From Convolutriloba macropyga (Eukaryota): a DNA stretch of 64,000 nt. The stretch covers positions 38,750,001 to 38,814,000 of the forward strand of contig NC_134478.1 in NCBI RefSeq assembly GCF_964194025.1, given 5' to 3'. Position numbers and translations under genes: made by a program. Under the pieces are notes generated by a model, which saw only the letters and a list, made by a program, of their open reading frames with translations, had not been told where the DNA came from and did not search any database. Of this stretch, positions 39,785 through 53,105 are shown piece by piece (within the stretch, counting starts at the first letter, position 1; the number at the start of each line of letters is the position of its first letter).

Positions 39785-40362
39785 CTAAAACAGAATTTAT
39801 TTCATTTTTCACATTTTTCTGTTCTAAATACTTGGAATCATCTGTCGAAAATAGCTGACGTTAAATCAGCTGTCGTTAAATCAGAAGTCATTACTATTAT
39901 TGGTTTAAGCACTAATTAAATACTCAAAAACGCTGTGCAGTAGATTTCTGATAAAAAAAAAGTTTAGCTTCTTTCAGAAGCCATATTCGTTTGGTAGTTT
40001 TATTTCTAAAGATATTGTATTCCACTCGCGAGGTACTGCAAAACTGAATGACCTTTTCCCGAAAGCAGTCTCCATAGAGTGAGTTTTGACGTTGTAAATG
40101 TAGTGAGATCTCGTCATTTTGCGATTTCGAGATACCAGCTAACTCATATAGCCTGGAATTAACTTCATTTTTCACATTTTTCTGTTCTAATTAGTTGTAA
40201 TCATCTGTCGAAAATTGATAATGTTTGAACAAGGTTTCTTAGCAAAAACAATTCAAAACAGCTTTAAGGCATCCTTTGACTAGGCTTTTCATATCTATCG
40301 ATGATATGGAACAACTAAGTGATATGTTCGTATTTATTTCAATGTCCTTTGAATTAATAACT

Positions 40363-43340
40363 AACAAGGCGGCTCGGTAATGTGCGATCGCACATAAGGT
40401 TCCGATCCCGCTCATCCACAATTTTGGCATAATTGTCTACCAAATGAGGAACAGATAGAAAAACACAAAAAATTCAAGTATTTTTCAAAAAAAACTGGTG
40501 TATGAACGAAAAGATAGCCTCCAAAACAAATAACTCAGTGGAGTGAAAAACGATGCATTAGATTGATGAGATATGCCGATATTAAGAAAGCGAGCGAAAA
40601 CGAACGGCAAAATCAAACAACAACAAACAAACATTAATTACATCAAAAAATTTATGTCCGTTTTAAAAAAGAAAACTTAATAACAAAGTCAAAACAGCGT
40701 CAGATAAAACAGAAAATAAACAATCAACTGGTAATTCACCAGAAAAAAGTTATTCACCAGTTCATAATAAAGCTTGGAAACAATTAGACAAAAAAGAACA
40801 AACTTTGAAGTTAGAAAATTCGCAGAATTTAAAAAAAAACAATCAAATTCAAAGTAATGAAAACCATTAGGAATCAACTGAAATATCCCATAGGTTTAAA
40901 ATTACCAATCCTTCTATAGAAGGGAATTAAGAACTCTTGGTATTCAATTTTTTATGCGGCAACAAAAAGAACAACAAACAGACAACAAAAAAAATAAAAG
41001 AAAACTTGCCAGAAAATGCTTTGGAAGCCGTAAAGCCATACTTTGGCCCACAAAATTTGTTCGATTGCACCTTCATCGAACACCACTAATGTATTATGTG
41101 GCCGCTCATTGCTGAAAATAAGCAACAATTAGACAAAAAAGAAAAAAAACGCAAAATTATGTAATACTTGTTGTTTTTCGAAAAAAATTTATTTCCGAAG
41201 ACATGAAAGCGATTAATTACAAAATGAAAAAGTTGAATAGGTTCGTCCATTCTTCCAAAAGAAGCCCTTGAGAACTGCAATTATTCAGAATATGTCTTAA
41301 GTCTACAAAAAGAACGTCAAATATGACAAAAATCAGAAATTCATTCTTTTTTTTTTGTGAAAAACCCGTGTGGAAGCCAGTAAAGTCATAACGAATTGTC
41401 TTAAAACAATAGATTTTGTGACACCAATCCTTTTTGACACTTTCCCTTGAAATGTAGTGTGTGACCTCTCATTAATGAAACTAGGTAACAATTAGACCAA
41501 AAAGAAAAAAGCAAGATTATGTAAAACTTGTTTTTATCGAAAAAAATTTAATTCCAAAGACATGAAAGCCATTAATTACAAAATGAAAAACTGAATAGGT
41601 TCACTTAATCTTCCAAAGGAAGCCCTCGAGACATGCAAATATCCAGAACATGTCTCTTCTACAAAAAGAACGTCAAATATGACAAAAATCAAAACTTAAT
41701 TTACTTTTTTGTGAAAAACCCGTGTCGAAGGCAGTAAATTCAAAACGAATTCTTTAAAAACACTAAATTTTGCGACACCAATCCCTTTTGACAACTTCCC
41801 TTGACAAAAAAATGTCACCTTTAACCTTTAATTAACGAGGCCAGGTAACAGACAATAAAAGGAACAATGTTGCGAAGTTGAAGTTTTTTTTTTCATTTTG
41901 GAAAACAATTGTTTTCAAAGTCATGAAAGCCATTGTCTATCTTCTAATATCAGAATATCGGCTCATCTACTCTTCCAGGAAAAGCCAATCAAACCGGGTC
42001 ATTGTACAGGAAACTAAATACGACTAAAAAGACAGAGTAAAAACGACAGTTATTGACAAAATTAAAAAAAAATTCAATTATATTCTTCGAGAAACTATTG
42101 TCGACGCGGTAAAGAACCACAATCTATATCTTTAAGAATATAAATATTATCAATTGTGCGTTATTTTGAATGCAAAAAATGTTATATATGAACTAACAAT
42201 AACGTGATAATTTGACAAAATTAGAAAACATGAAAAATGGGCCAATACCTAAAAAATAAAAAAAAATTGTGAAATCTAGTAGTATCAAATTCAGAACACC
42301 ATAACTTAAGGCGTAAAACCGCAATAAAGACTAAAATTAAATTCAGCAGAAAAAAGACGCACTCTTTGATTGCTGACACTAAGCTACAAGTTGAACAAAT
42401 AAGAGAAAAATGGAGGCAAAGTTCAATAAGCCATTTTTTATTTAAAAATCAAATATTTTAAAAGTCAAAGCGACCATGAGCTTTCAAGCAATCAACTAGA
42501 TAAATTAATTTTGAGCTACTTAGGAAGCCAATAGGACCTATCACTAGAGAGCTTTGATTTGAAATGTTCTGTTATTTAATTAATATAAAAAGATCGATTT
42601 TTTTTTAATGAAAAACCGACTGATGAGAATCCAAAATATTTTTGGATTGTAACGGTCCGAGATTGGTACAAAAGTAGTCCTGATAACGTTGAGTGTCCAT
42701 GGGGAATATTTAATTATTGGAATGTCATTGATTTAGATATTTTGTTTGTTAAAAAATCAAAAGTAAATCAAAAGTTTTACTTATAGAGGACTCTCAACGG
42801 ACGTTGAAGTGGAATCAGCCCTCTTTTCAGTCTACAAAGATTGTGTTAGTGGTGTTTGGGTGTGCACTTCCTGCAAATTTAATCAGAGTGGACTAAGGAA
42901 AACTTATTTCGTGCTGTTTTTCATGAAAAAGTCTGAAATTTGTGAAATTTTTAGCTGAATTTGTGACAAAAATTCAATGAAAACCGCCGACAAGGTATTT
43001 TGTCTATAAACGTAAAATCAACAACATTTTAATGAAAAATTTTATTAAATTTTATCAAATTTAGCGAAATTTTTGTCAAAAATTCCGAAAAAAGGTGAAT
43101 GAAATCAAAGGAATGCACTCTATTTTCTCGAAAGTTTAAACCTCGATATCTCCCTGTCAAAAACAAAAATCAAAAAAATCTTTTTAATCACATCTTCTAC
43201 GCTGGACAAGCCTTCTAATGATACCAGTCTCAACTCTCTACGATGAATATATCGATCGGCCAAAATTGACTGAACAAAAAAAACCCAGTTGAGTATATAG
43301 TTCCTCCCCCCCCCCCCTCTCAAGAGGGGTCGGAACAATT
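40363..43340 (-). mobile_element. DINE-1-like family F element (~3.0 kb) with internal ~360-bp subrepeats
   Basis: AACAAGGCGGCTCGGTA-ATGTGCGatCGCACAT-AAGGTTCCGATCC ... GGGTCGGAACAATT; internal duplication at ~41120 and ~41485. Confidence 0.72.
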
Positions 43341-43344
43341 AAAT

Positions 43345-46300
43345 ATTAGATCAACTACATGCAGATATGACCAACATACAATTAAAACTGTTGCTTTCTA
43401 ATCCAGGTTAACTATCAACAAAACTTTAGGAGCTAGCTGAGCACAAGGAAAAACATGTTCAGAGAACACAAACACTATCAGTAAGTAATTTGATTTAATA
43501 ATATTATTATAGGTTTCTGCAACATTTACCAATTCAAAATGGTCTTCTCCAAATGCAGTCCTGACATCAGGAATCTTCAAATTGTATGCATATTGACATC
43601 TAGTCACTTTATCATTTCGGAACTCTAATGCACAAAGATACACGGGAACTCTCCACGGATGGTGAACAAAACTGTGACCAAAAAGTAAAATTTTTTAGAG
43701 GACACTTTTCATGGGTACCATTGAAGCTGTTTGATATAATTTGCTGTTGGTGGACCAGGAAAAAGTCTAAATATAGACGACATGCTGAGTTGATTATACG
43801 CTGTAATTTCTGTATACTATCCACAGGTAGTCAGTCCATAGTACAGCGAGTTGCAGTAATCTAGTCGCGAGAGAATCATTACCCAAACTAACTCGATCAA
43901 CAACTTTCTGTCAACTGTATTTCTGAAGGAATAAATTGTTCGCAGGAAAAAATAACATCTACCACACACAGAACTGACTTGCTTTGTATATTAAAGTCTG
44001 TAATCAAAGTTGAAGCCCAGCAAAGGAACATTAATAGAAATGGCGTCGGCTGGAAGTTCAATATCGCAATTTAAATTATTCTTTCTACTAATACACATGT
44101 ACAGTTTTATTCATGTTAAATCGGAGCTTAGCACCACTGAACCACTTTTGCAGGGTCTTAAATATAAAATCAAAAGCCCCCTGATTTATCGAAGCGTGGT
44201 AAACAAAATAGATAACAGTGTCATAGGCAAAAAAATAATTGGCATCATGACGTTCATTCAAACAGAACTTGGACATCTACTACTCAGATAACTATTGAAA
44301 AAGCTAAGTACTTTATCTTTGAAACCTCAACTCGCCAGTATCAAAAGAGTCTGACAGATCAACTCCAAAATAAAAAGTGCTTTTTGTCTTGTCTAAACTC
44401 AGGAGCAAATCATTCGTCACCTTAACGAGGGCTGTTTCTGTAGAAAAAATTTCCTGTAGGCGCTTTGGTATTTACTAAAAAGACTAATCTTTCAATTTGT
44501 TCACACATCTGCATAAAAGCCGCCCGTTCTAATAGTTTCGAAACGTAACTAAGGTTTGAGATAAGTCGATAATTTGAAAAATCTTCGTTATCAGAATTTG
44601 CTTTCTTCAAGTGGCGCTCTTAACAATGGCCATTTTATAGGACTGGGGAAAACATCCCACCTTCAGCGAAAGATTAAAAGGTTTCAGGTAGTCGGGAAAA
44701 TAATAATCTGGAAATGACTGAACAAGATGTGTCCGAATTAAGTCCAGTGCAGGGGTATCTTTTGACGACGCAGAAATCAAATCTCTAAACTGACTTATCG
44801 ACAACTCTGTGGACGAACCCATTGAGTTAATTTCGGCTTTCAGAATTTCAGGACCAATCGCAGTGGGAATCGATGCAATAATAGTTTACACGTTTGATAT
44901 AAAGAAATCGTTGAAGTCGTCTGCAAGCTGTTTCCTTAATTTCATATTTCGGGAGCTGTTCTACATCTTGACCAGGAAACAATTTTAAGGTGGCAGACTT
45001 TTTACAACTACAATTTTCTATCAGGGTATTCTCAATGTACAGTCTGAGCTTCTCTAGGAATTTTTCAAAATACATATGGGCAACAATTTGTTTCAAATTT
45101 TAGTACAGATGTTTTGACTTTCTATATTTACGCTCTGCTCTTCTCTTCTTTTGTTTCAAACTCAAAAAGCTCGCCCTTAAAAAATGGGCATTGATGTTTA
45201 GTAAATGGGCATTGATATTTAGTAAATAATAACATCTACGATACACAGAACTAACTTGTTTTGTATATGAAAGTCTGGAATTAAATTTGAAGCCCAGAAA
45301 ATTAACATTATTAGAGAAGCTGGCTTCAGCTGGAAGTTCAATATCGCAATTAAAATTAATTTTTCTACTAATACAAATGTCAGTTTTATGCGAGTCTAAT
45401 CGGAGCTTAGCACCCATGAACCACTTTTGCAGAGTCTAAGGATAAAATCAAAAGCCCCCTGATTTATCGAAGCGTGGTAAACAAAATAGATAACAGTGTC
45501 ATAGGCAAAAAATAATTGGCATCATGACGTTCATTCAAACAGAACTTTGACATCTACTACTCAGATAACTATTGAAAAAGCTAAGTACGTTATCTTTGAA
45601 ACCTCAACTCGCCACTATCAAAAGAGTCTGACAGATCAACTCCAAAATAAAAAGTGCTTTTTGTCTTGTCTAAACTCAGGAGCAAATCATTCGTCACCTT
45701 AACGAGGGCTGTTTCTGTAGAAAAAATTTCCTGTAGGCGCTTTGAGATTTACTAAAAAGACTAATCTTTTCAATTTGTTCACACATCTGCATAAAAGCCG
45801 CCCGTTCTAATAGTTTCGAAACGTAACTAAGGTTTGAGATAAGTCGATAATTTGAAAAATCTTCGTTATCAGAATTTGCGTTCTTCAAGTGGCGCTCTTA
45901 ACAATGGCCATTTTATAGGACTGGGGAAAACATCCCACCTTCAGCGAAAGATTAAAAGGTTTCAGGTAGTCGGGAAAATAATAATCTGGAAATGACTGAA
46001 CAAGATGTGTCCGAATTAAGTCCAGTGCAGGGGTATCTTTTGACGACGCAGAAATCAAATCTCTAAACTGACTTATCGACAACTCTGTGGACGAACCCAT
46101 TGAGTTAATTTCGGCTTTCAGAATTTCAGGACCAATCGCAGTGGGAATCGATGCAATAATAGTTTACACGTTTGATATAAAGAAATCGTTGAAGTCGTCT
46201 GCAAGCTGTTTCCTTAATTTCATATTTCGGGAGCTGTTCTACATCTTGACCAGGAAACAATTTTAAGGTGGCAGACTTTTTACAACTACAATTTTCTATC

Positions 46301-49300
46301 AGGGTATTCTCAATGTACAGTCTGAGCTTCTCTAGGAATTTTTCAAAATACATATGGGCAACAATTTGTTTCAAATTTTAGTACAGATGTTTTGACTTTC
46401 TATATTTACGCTCTGCTCTTCTCTTCTTTTGTTTCAAACTCAAAAAGCTCGCCCTTAAAAAATGGGCATTGATGTTTAGTAAATGGGCATTGATATTTAG
46501 TAAATAATAACATCTACGATACACAGAACTAACTTGTTTTGTATATGAAAGTCTGGAATTAAATTTGAAGCCCAGAAAATTAACATTATTAGAGAAGCTG
46601 GCTTCTGCTGGAAGTTCAATATCGCAATTAAAATTAATTTTTCTACTAATACAAATGTCAGTTTTATGCGAGTCTAATCGGAGCTTAGCACCCATGAACC
46701 ACTTTTGCAGAGTCTAAGGATAAAATCAAAAGCCCCCTGATTTATCGAAGCGTGGTAAACAAAATAGATAACAGTGTCATAGGCAAAAAATAATTGGCAT
46801 CATGACGTTCATTCAAACAGAACTTTGACATCTACTACTCAGATAACTATTGAAAAAGCTAAGTACGTTATCTTTGAAACCTCAACTCGCCACTATCAAA
46901 AGAGTCTGACAGATCAACTCCAAAATAAAAAGTGCTTTTTGTCTTGTCTAAACTCAGGAGCAAATCATTCGTCACCTTAACGAGGGCTGTTTCTGTAGAA
47001 AAAATTTCCTGTAGGCGCTTTGGTATTTACTAAAAAGACTAATCTTTTCAATTTGTTCACACATCTGCATAAACGCCGCCCGTTCTAATAGTTTCGAAAC
47101 GTAACTAAGGTTTGAGATAAGTCGATAATTTGAAAAATCTTCGTTATCAGAATTTGCTTTCTTCAAGTGGCGCTCTTAACAATGGCCATTTTATAGGACT
47201 GGGGAAAACATCCCACCTTCAGCGAAAGATTAAAAGGTTTCAGGTAGTCGGGAAAATAATAATCTGGAAATGACTGAACAAGATGTGTCCGAATTAAGTC
47301 CAGTGCAGGGGTATCTTTTGACGACGCAGAAATCAAATCTCTAAACTGACTTATCGACAACTCTGTGGACGAACCCATTGAGTTAATTTCGGCTTTCAGA
47401 ATTTCAGGACCAATCGCAGTGGGAATCGATGCAATAATAGTTTACACGTTTGATATAAAGAAATCGTTGAAGTCGTCTGCAAGCTGTTTCCTTAATTTCA
47501 TATTTCGGGAGCTGTTCTACATCTTGACCAGGAAACAATTTTAAGGTGGCAGACTTTTTACAACTACAATTTTCTATCAGGGTATTCTCAATGTACAGTC
47601 TGAGCTTCTCTAGAAATTTTTCAAAATACATATGGGCAACAATTTGTTTCAAATTTTAGTACAGATGTTTTGACTTTCTATATTTACGCTCTGCTCTTCT
47701 CTTCTTTTGTTTCAAACTCAAAAAGCTCGCCCTTAAAAAATGGGCATTGATGTTTAGTAAATGGGTATTGATATTTAGTAAATAATAACATCTACGATAC
47801 ACAGAACTAACTTGTTTTGTATATGAAAGTCTGGAATCAAATTTGAAGCCCAGAAAATTAACATTATTAGAGAAGTTGGCTTCTGCTGGAAGTTCAAAAT
47901 CGCAATTAAAATTATTTTTTCTACTAATACAAATGTCAGTTTTATGCGAGTTTAATCGGAGCTTAGCACCCATGAACCACTTTTGCAGAGTCTAAGTATA
48001 AAATCAAAAGCCCCCCGATTTATCGAACCGTAGTAAACAAAATAGAGAGTGTCGTCGGCATAAAAACGATAATTGACATCATGACGTTGAACAAAACTTC
48101 CAGAGGAAAAGAATAGCACGAAAAAAGAACGCGACATAGAAGATATCCTCGGCGAGCACCCGTTTTTATAGTTCTTGGCATCGAATATACACCATCAATC
48201 AACACTTTTTGATATTTACTACTCAGATAACTATATAAAAAACTAAGCACTTAATCTTTGAAACCCCAACCTCTTTGAAACCCTATTTCAAGAATCGAAA
48301 GTATTAATTCATGAGCGAGAGTATCAAAAGCAGCTGATAGATCAACTACAAAATAAAAAGTGCTTTTTGTCTTGTCTAAACTGAGGAGCAAATCATTCGT
48401 CACATTAACAAGGCCTGTTTCTGTAGAAAAGCCTCCTGTAGGCACTTTTGTATTTATTAAATACACTATTCTTTTCAAGGTGTTCACACATTGGCACAAA
48501 AGCCGCCCGTTCTAATAGTTTCGAAATCTTAGGTTTGATATATGTCGACAATATGAAAACTCTTTATAATAAAATGCTTTTTTTCAAGTACAATTTTCTA
48601 TCAGGGCATTCTCAATGTACAGTCTGAGCTTCTCTAGGAATTTTTCAAAATACATATGGGCAACAATTTGGTTCAAATTTTAGTACAGATGTTTTGACTT
48701 TCTATATTTACGCTCTGCTCTTCTCTTCTTTTGTTTCAAACTCAAAAAGCTCGCCCTTAAAAAATGGGCATTGATGATTACTAAATGGGCATTGATATTT
48801 AGTAAATAATAACATCTACGATACACAGAACTAACTTGTTTTGTATATGAAAGTCTGGAATCAAATTTGAAGCCCAGAAAATTAACATTATTAGAGAAGT
48901 TGGCTTCTGCTGGAAGTTCAATATCGCAATTAAAATTATTTTTTCTACCAATACACATGTCAGTTTTATGCGAGTTTAATCGGAGCTTAGCACCCATGAA
49001 CCACTTTTGCAGAGTCTAAGTATAAAATCAAAAGCCCCCTGATTTATCGAACCGTAGTAAACAAAATAGAGTGTCGTCGGCATAAAAACGATAATTGACA
49101 TCATGACGTTCGAACAAAACTTCCAGAGGAAAAGAATAGCACGAAAAAAGAACGCGACATAGAAGATATCCTCGGCGAGCACCCGTTTTTATAGTTCTTG
49201 GCATCGAAAATTCACCATCAATCAACAGTTTTTGACATTTACTACTCAGATAACTATATAAAAAACTAAGCACTTTATCTTTGAAACCCCAACCTCTTTG

Positions 49301-51600
49301 AAACCCTATTTCAAGAATCGAAAGTATTAAATCATGAGCGAGAGTATCGAAAGCAGCTGATAGATCAACTACAAAATAAAAAGTGCTTTTTGTCTTGTCT
49401 AAACTGAGGAGCAAATCATTCGTCACATTAACAAGGCCTGTTTCTGTAGAAAAAGCCTCCTGTAGGCACTTTGGTATTTGCTAAATACACTATTCTTTTC
49501 AAGGTGTTCACACATTTGCATAAAAGCCGCCCGTTCTAATAGTTTCGAAATCTTAGGTTTGATATATGTCGACAATTTGAAAACTCTTTATCATAATATG
49601 CTTTTTTTCAAGTGGCGCCTAACAATGGCCATTTCAAAGAACTGGGGAAAACATCCCGCCTTCAGCGAAAAATTAAGATGTTTCAGGAGGTCGAGAAAAT
49701 AATAATCTGGAAATGACAAAACGATGTGTCGAAATGATGTCAAGTGGAGAGGTACTGTTTGACAACGTCGAAATCAAATCTCTAAACTGACTTATCGACA
49801 ACTCGGAATTCGACAACTGACTTATCGACAACTCGGACTTATCGACGACAAATTCAGGACCTATCGCAGGACCTTCTACATCCTTGACAAGAAGCAACTT
49901 TTAAGGTGGCAAACTTTTTACGGCTACAATTTTCCACTAGCGCATTCTCAATGCACAGTCTGAGCTTCTTTAAGAATGCTTCAAAATGCATATGAACAGT
50001 TTCATGTTCAAATTATAGTACAGATGTTTTCGACTTTCTATATTTACGCTCTGCTCTTCTTTTTTTTTGTTTCAAACTCAGAAGCTCGTCGTTCAAAAAT
50101 GGTCATTAATGTTTAGTAAATGTCTTCAATTTGAGTGGTAGAAAGGAATCCGAAAAATTCGCCTCAAACCTGAGATATCTCATGCTTCATCAATACTTCA
50201 GACAAATTCAAACTTTAAGTATGGCTTCAATAACTTAACAAAGCCTTCATCGTCAAACTTCTTCTAATTTCTATATATCAACTGGTGCTGAGATTTGCGT
50301 TGTTTAACATTGCAGAGCAAGAAGCAAATAAACAAATGACCCGAAGATGTATTGAAGCTATTTAATTTAACATTGAAGTATTGACGCAAAAACATGGTCA
50401 AGAAACCGACCACTTCTACGCACAGACGTACTGAGTCAGGCCGAAATCTTCAAAAAATTAGTTCCACATTTTCGATGCATTGTTATTTACATTCAGTGAA
50501 ATGTCAAAATCACCAAGGCGAACAATCTTGTCGAATTGAAGCCCTTTTCTTCAAAAAGAGTAGTAAAGCGGTCAACAAAAAATTTAGCATTTAATCTAGG
50601 TGTTCGATAAACAGCGATTATTAAATAAGTGGTAGCCGCAGTTGAAGAGAGATAATAGCATTTAAAAAATCAGGCCAAATTTTCAACAATTTCTAAATGG
50701 AGAACATCTTTAAAAGAGGAAAAATCCACCACATTTATTCGTAATCCACGAGTTGCTCGACGATTCTATTAACACTTCAAAACTAACTTCATTTACTTCC
50801 AAGAGGGCGTTTACATTTTTTGTTTTGTTCCTGAAAGATTACATGTAGACGAATATTTAGTCTTGTTGATCTTGGTTTCGTCTTTTGTTTGAATTGAGGA
50901 AAGACTAGTAACCAATTTTGATCCACTTTTTTAGCCAATCACGGGCAGCTTCATTCAAGTAAAATCTTGACACCGTAACAATTTCAGGCCATAAATCAAG
51001 TAACTCAACTTTCTCCTCGTCAAACTTAAATAAACAATGGACAGCTTCCAAGTGAGCTTCTGACTTCGAAATATGAAGAAGATGGAGTAGTTCAACGTTA
51101 TTTTCTGCACACTACTCCTGCATTTCTGATGCTGTCCAGTTCTGACACAATCGACCTATATATAAATGACGACGCTTCGGGGATTTTTTGACACCCTTGA
51201 TGACTGCTGAATTGGTGTTCGTTCCTGTTTTCACCTGTTTGGTTGATCTTACTTTCCTCTGTGCAGTTTCAATTCAAAATCCATCCGCATTTCTCTTTTT
51301 GCTTACTCTGTGAAAACTGGATGAGTTGTCATTTCGACTTTTTGCAGCTTTTAGAAAAGCGAATTCCGGCTTCTTTAGCAACGCTATCCCATTGCATAGC
51401 AATGTCACTTAGCGGATCAGAGATTCAACACAATCGAGACTTTTCTTAACGGCCCTAATTCCGTCCAGCGATTTTGCAGTAAAGATAGGAGTAAAACCAG
51501 CACATGAACAGTAGAACCTATATTTTCTTACATTTGACACAAAAGGCAGTCATTTGCACGTTACAAGGCTCGTTATAAATATTGCAGATGTTCGGGCGGT
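43345..51600 (-). mobile_element. Decayed L2/CR1-group LINE (ORF1 remnant, AP-endonuclease remnant, RT region internally multiplied) in the ACTR6 intron
   Basis: RT motifs NYRLISNLSYVSKLLER, FSTETGL, DLSAAFDT, FYADDT, FLGFKFDSRLS; C-terminal SRLDYCNSLYYGLP..IQKLQRIINSACRL; ORF1-like RHLYIGRL...WPEIVTVSRF at ~50960-51180. Confidence 0.85.
43960..50120 (-). repeat. Tandem array of LINE RT fragments: about 3 near-identical 1278-bp units plus about 2 more divergent units
   Basis: Identical ORFs recur at 44607/45885/47163 and 44848/46126/47404 (1278-bp period), with a further copy at 48680 (1024-bp offset). Confidence 0.95.
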
Positions 51601-53105
51601 GGTGGGGGTACCATTGTAACGTGGGATGGGGACTGAGGGAAGTGGCCAATAGGGGCCTAAACTAATTAGTCCAACAAATGTGGAGATCACTCACACCAAA
51701 TGTTTGACTAAGAACAATATTTAGTATGCCAAAAATGCAGGGAAACTATCAAGCAGATGCGGAGAACTATCACCAAAAGCTCGATACCAAATATGCAATC
51801 GTAGATAACTCTTGTATAAATTTTTCTGCCGGAATCTGAAATCGCGGTAATTGGGGCTACCCAAACAAAGTCCAGCCTCTGATACCACAGTAAATAACTA
51901 CAATCAAGAGCTATTTAATAAGTTTATCACAACAATTAGGCTAAGTTGTAAATGTGGTAAGATTTTGTTAGTTTGCGATTTCGAGATATCAGCTAACTCA
52001 GATAGCCTGGAATCGTCTGCAGATGGAAAACCAGACGATGAGCCCAAAGACGAAATTTGCAAAAAAAATGTTTTTGTACAAGTAACCAGTGCAACTGTTT
52101 AATAAAATTTGAAGTTGGTGTGCTAGGTGCGTCGAAAAAATGATCTGTACGCATAGTTCACGTAAGACAAAGTATCAACCAGCACAGATTGAACAAGTTA
52201 CTTGAAAAGTTGTATCATCTAAAACAAAAACTTAAAATTCTCTTATAATTTAGAATCTATGGGAAGTTTGACACCACAGACTACAGAGCTCTTACTCACA
52301 AGGCTAACAGGGATTTTAGTGAATTTACGTTTCTCCGATTAAATTGAACGCATGAGCTGATAATAATCAAAACCTAATAAAACGACATTTCTGACAAACA
52401 AAACTTCTTTAGGTTTTTAAAACTTGAATTGATTAGTAGTGCAATTTTTATTGGTGACCTGTCCTCAGCGTCAGGGAAAGAACCAATAGTAATAGCAAAA
52501 CTTGCAAAAAGATGTCAGGTTAAGTTAGAGCTTTCTTTATATTTAAGATACTTAAATTACATCTGTCAAATAAATTTGGACTGTTTCTTCATGTTGAGCA
52601 GATAACTTGCCCGAAACACTCATGAGCGGTGGATAAGCGTCTGTCGTGCTCTGCAATGACGATTAAACTTCGAAGGTTGGGACAGAATACTGAAGTTTGG
52701 GGGTTTTAACATAAATAAATTTTGAGTGCAACCTAATTTGGAGTAAAGTTAGGTTAAAAAAAGTAGAGATGCAAAGAAAACAGTGTGAGAAAATCATTGC
52801 ATTAACTTCGTCTCGCTTAGACGCTTGTCGATAATTTTAGAACACGAAAACTCAAAAACACAATATCACGATGAGTTAATTTTTCTTACGAAACCTTGTA
52901 TTCACAAAAACTTGAGGTTAGATTCTCAATTACAAACATGATATTCAACTTTCGCAAAATCTGTAGTCAGTAAAGACAAAGACTGGTTTTGGCGCCAAAG
53001 ATGCCAAAACGTCTATTTTCAATGGAACCTGCGTGTTGCCGTTTCAAATGACAAAGCCTACGTTGGAGAACGAGCATCAAGTAATTGGTTTTGATAAAAC
53101 AATAG

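Noticed and set aside
39798-40216. Short local duplication near the ACTR6 exon 3 acceptor (39801-39850 vs 40164-40212) as an alternative exon
   Set aside because: The ORF at 39924-40175 has no Arp6 similarity, and part of it matches another repeat fragment at ~51945-52012.
52615-52700. Possible tRNA-derived SINE head (GAGCGGTGGATAAGCGTC)
   Set aside because: Only an A-box-like motif; no convincing B box and no second copy in the window.
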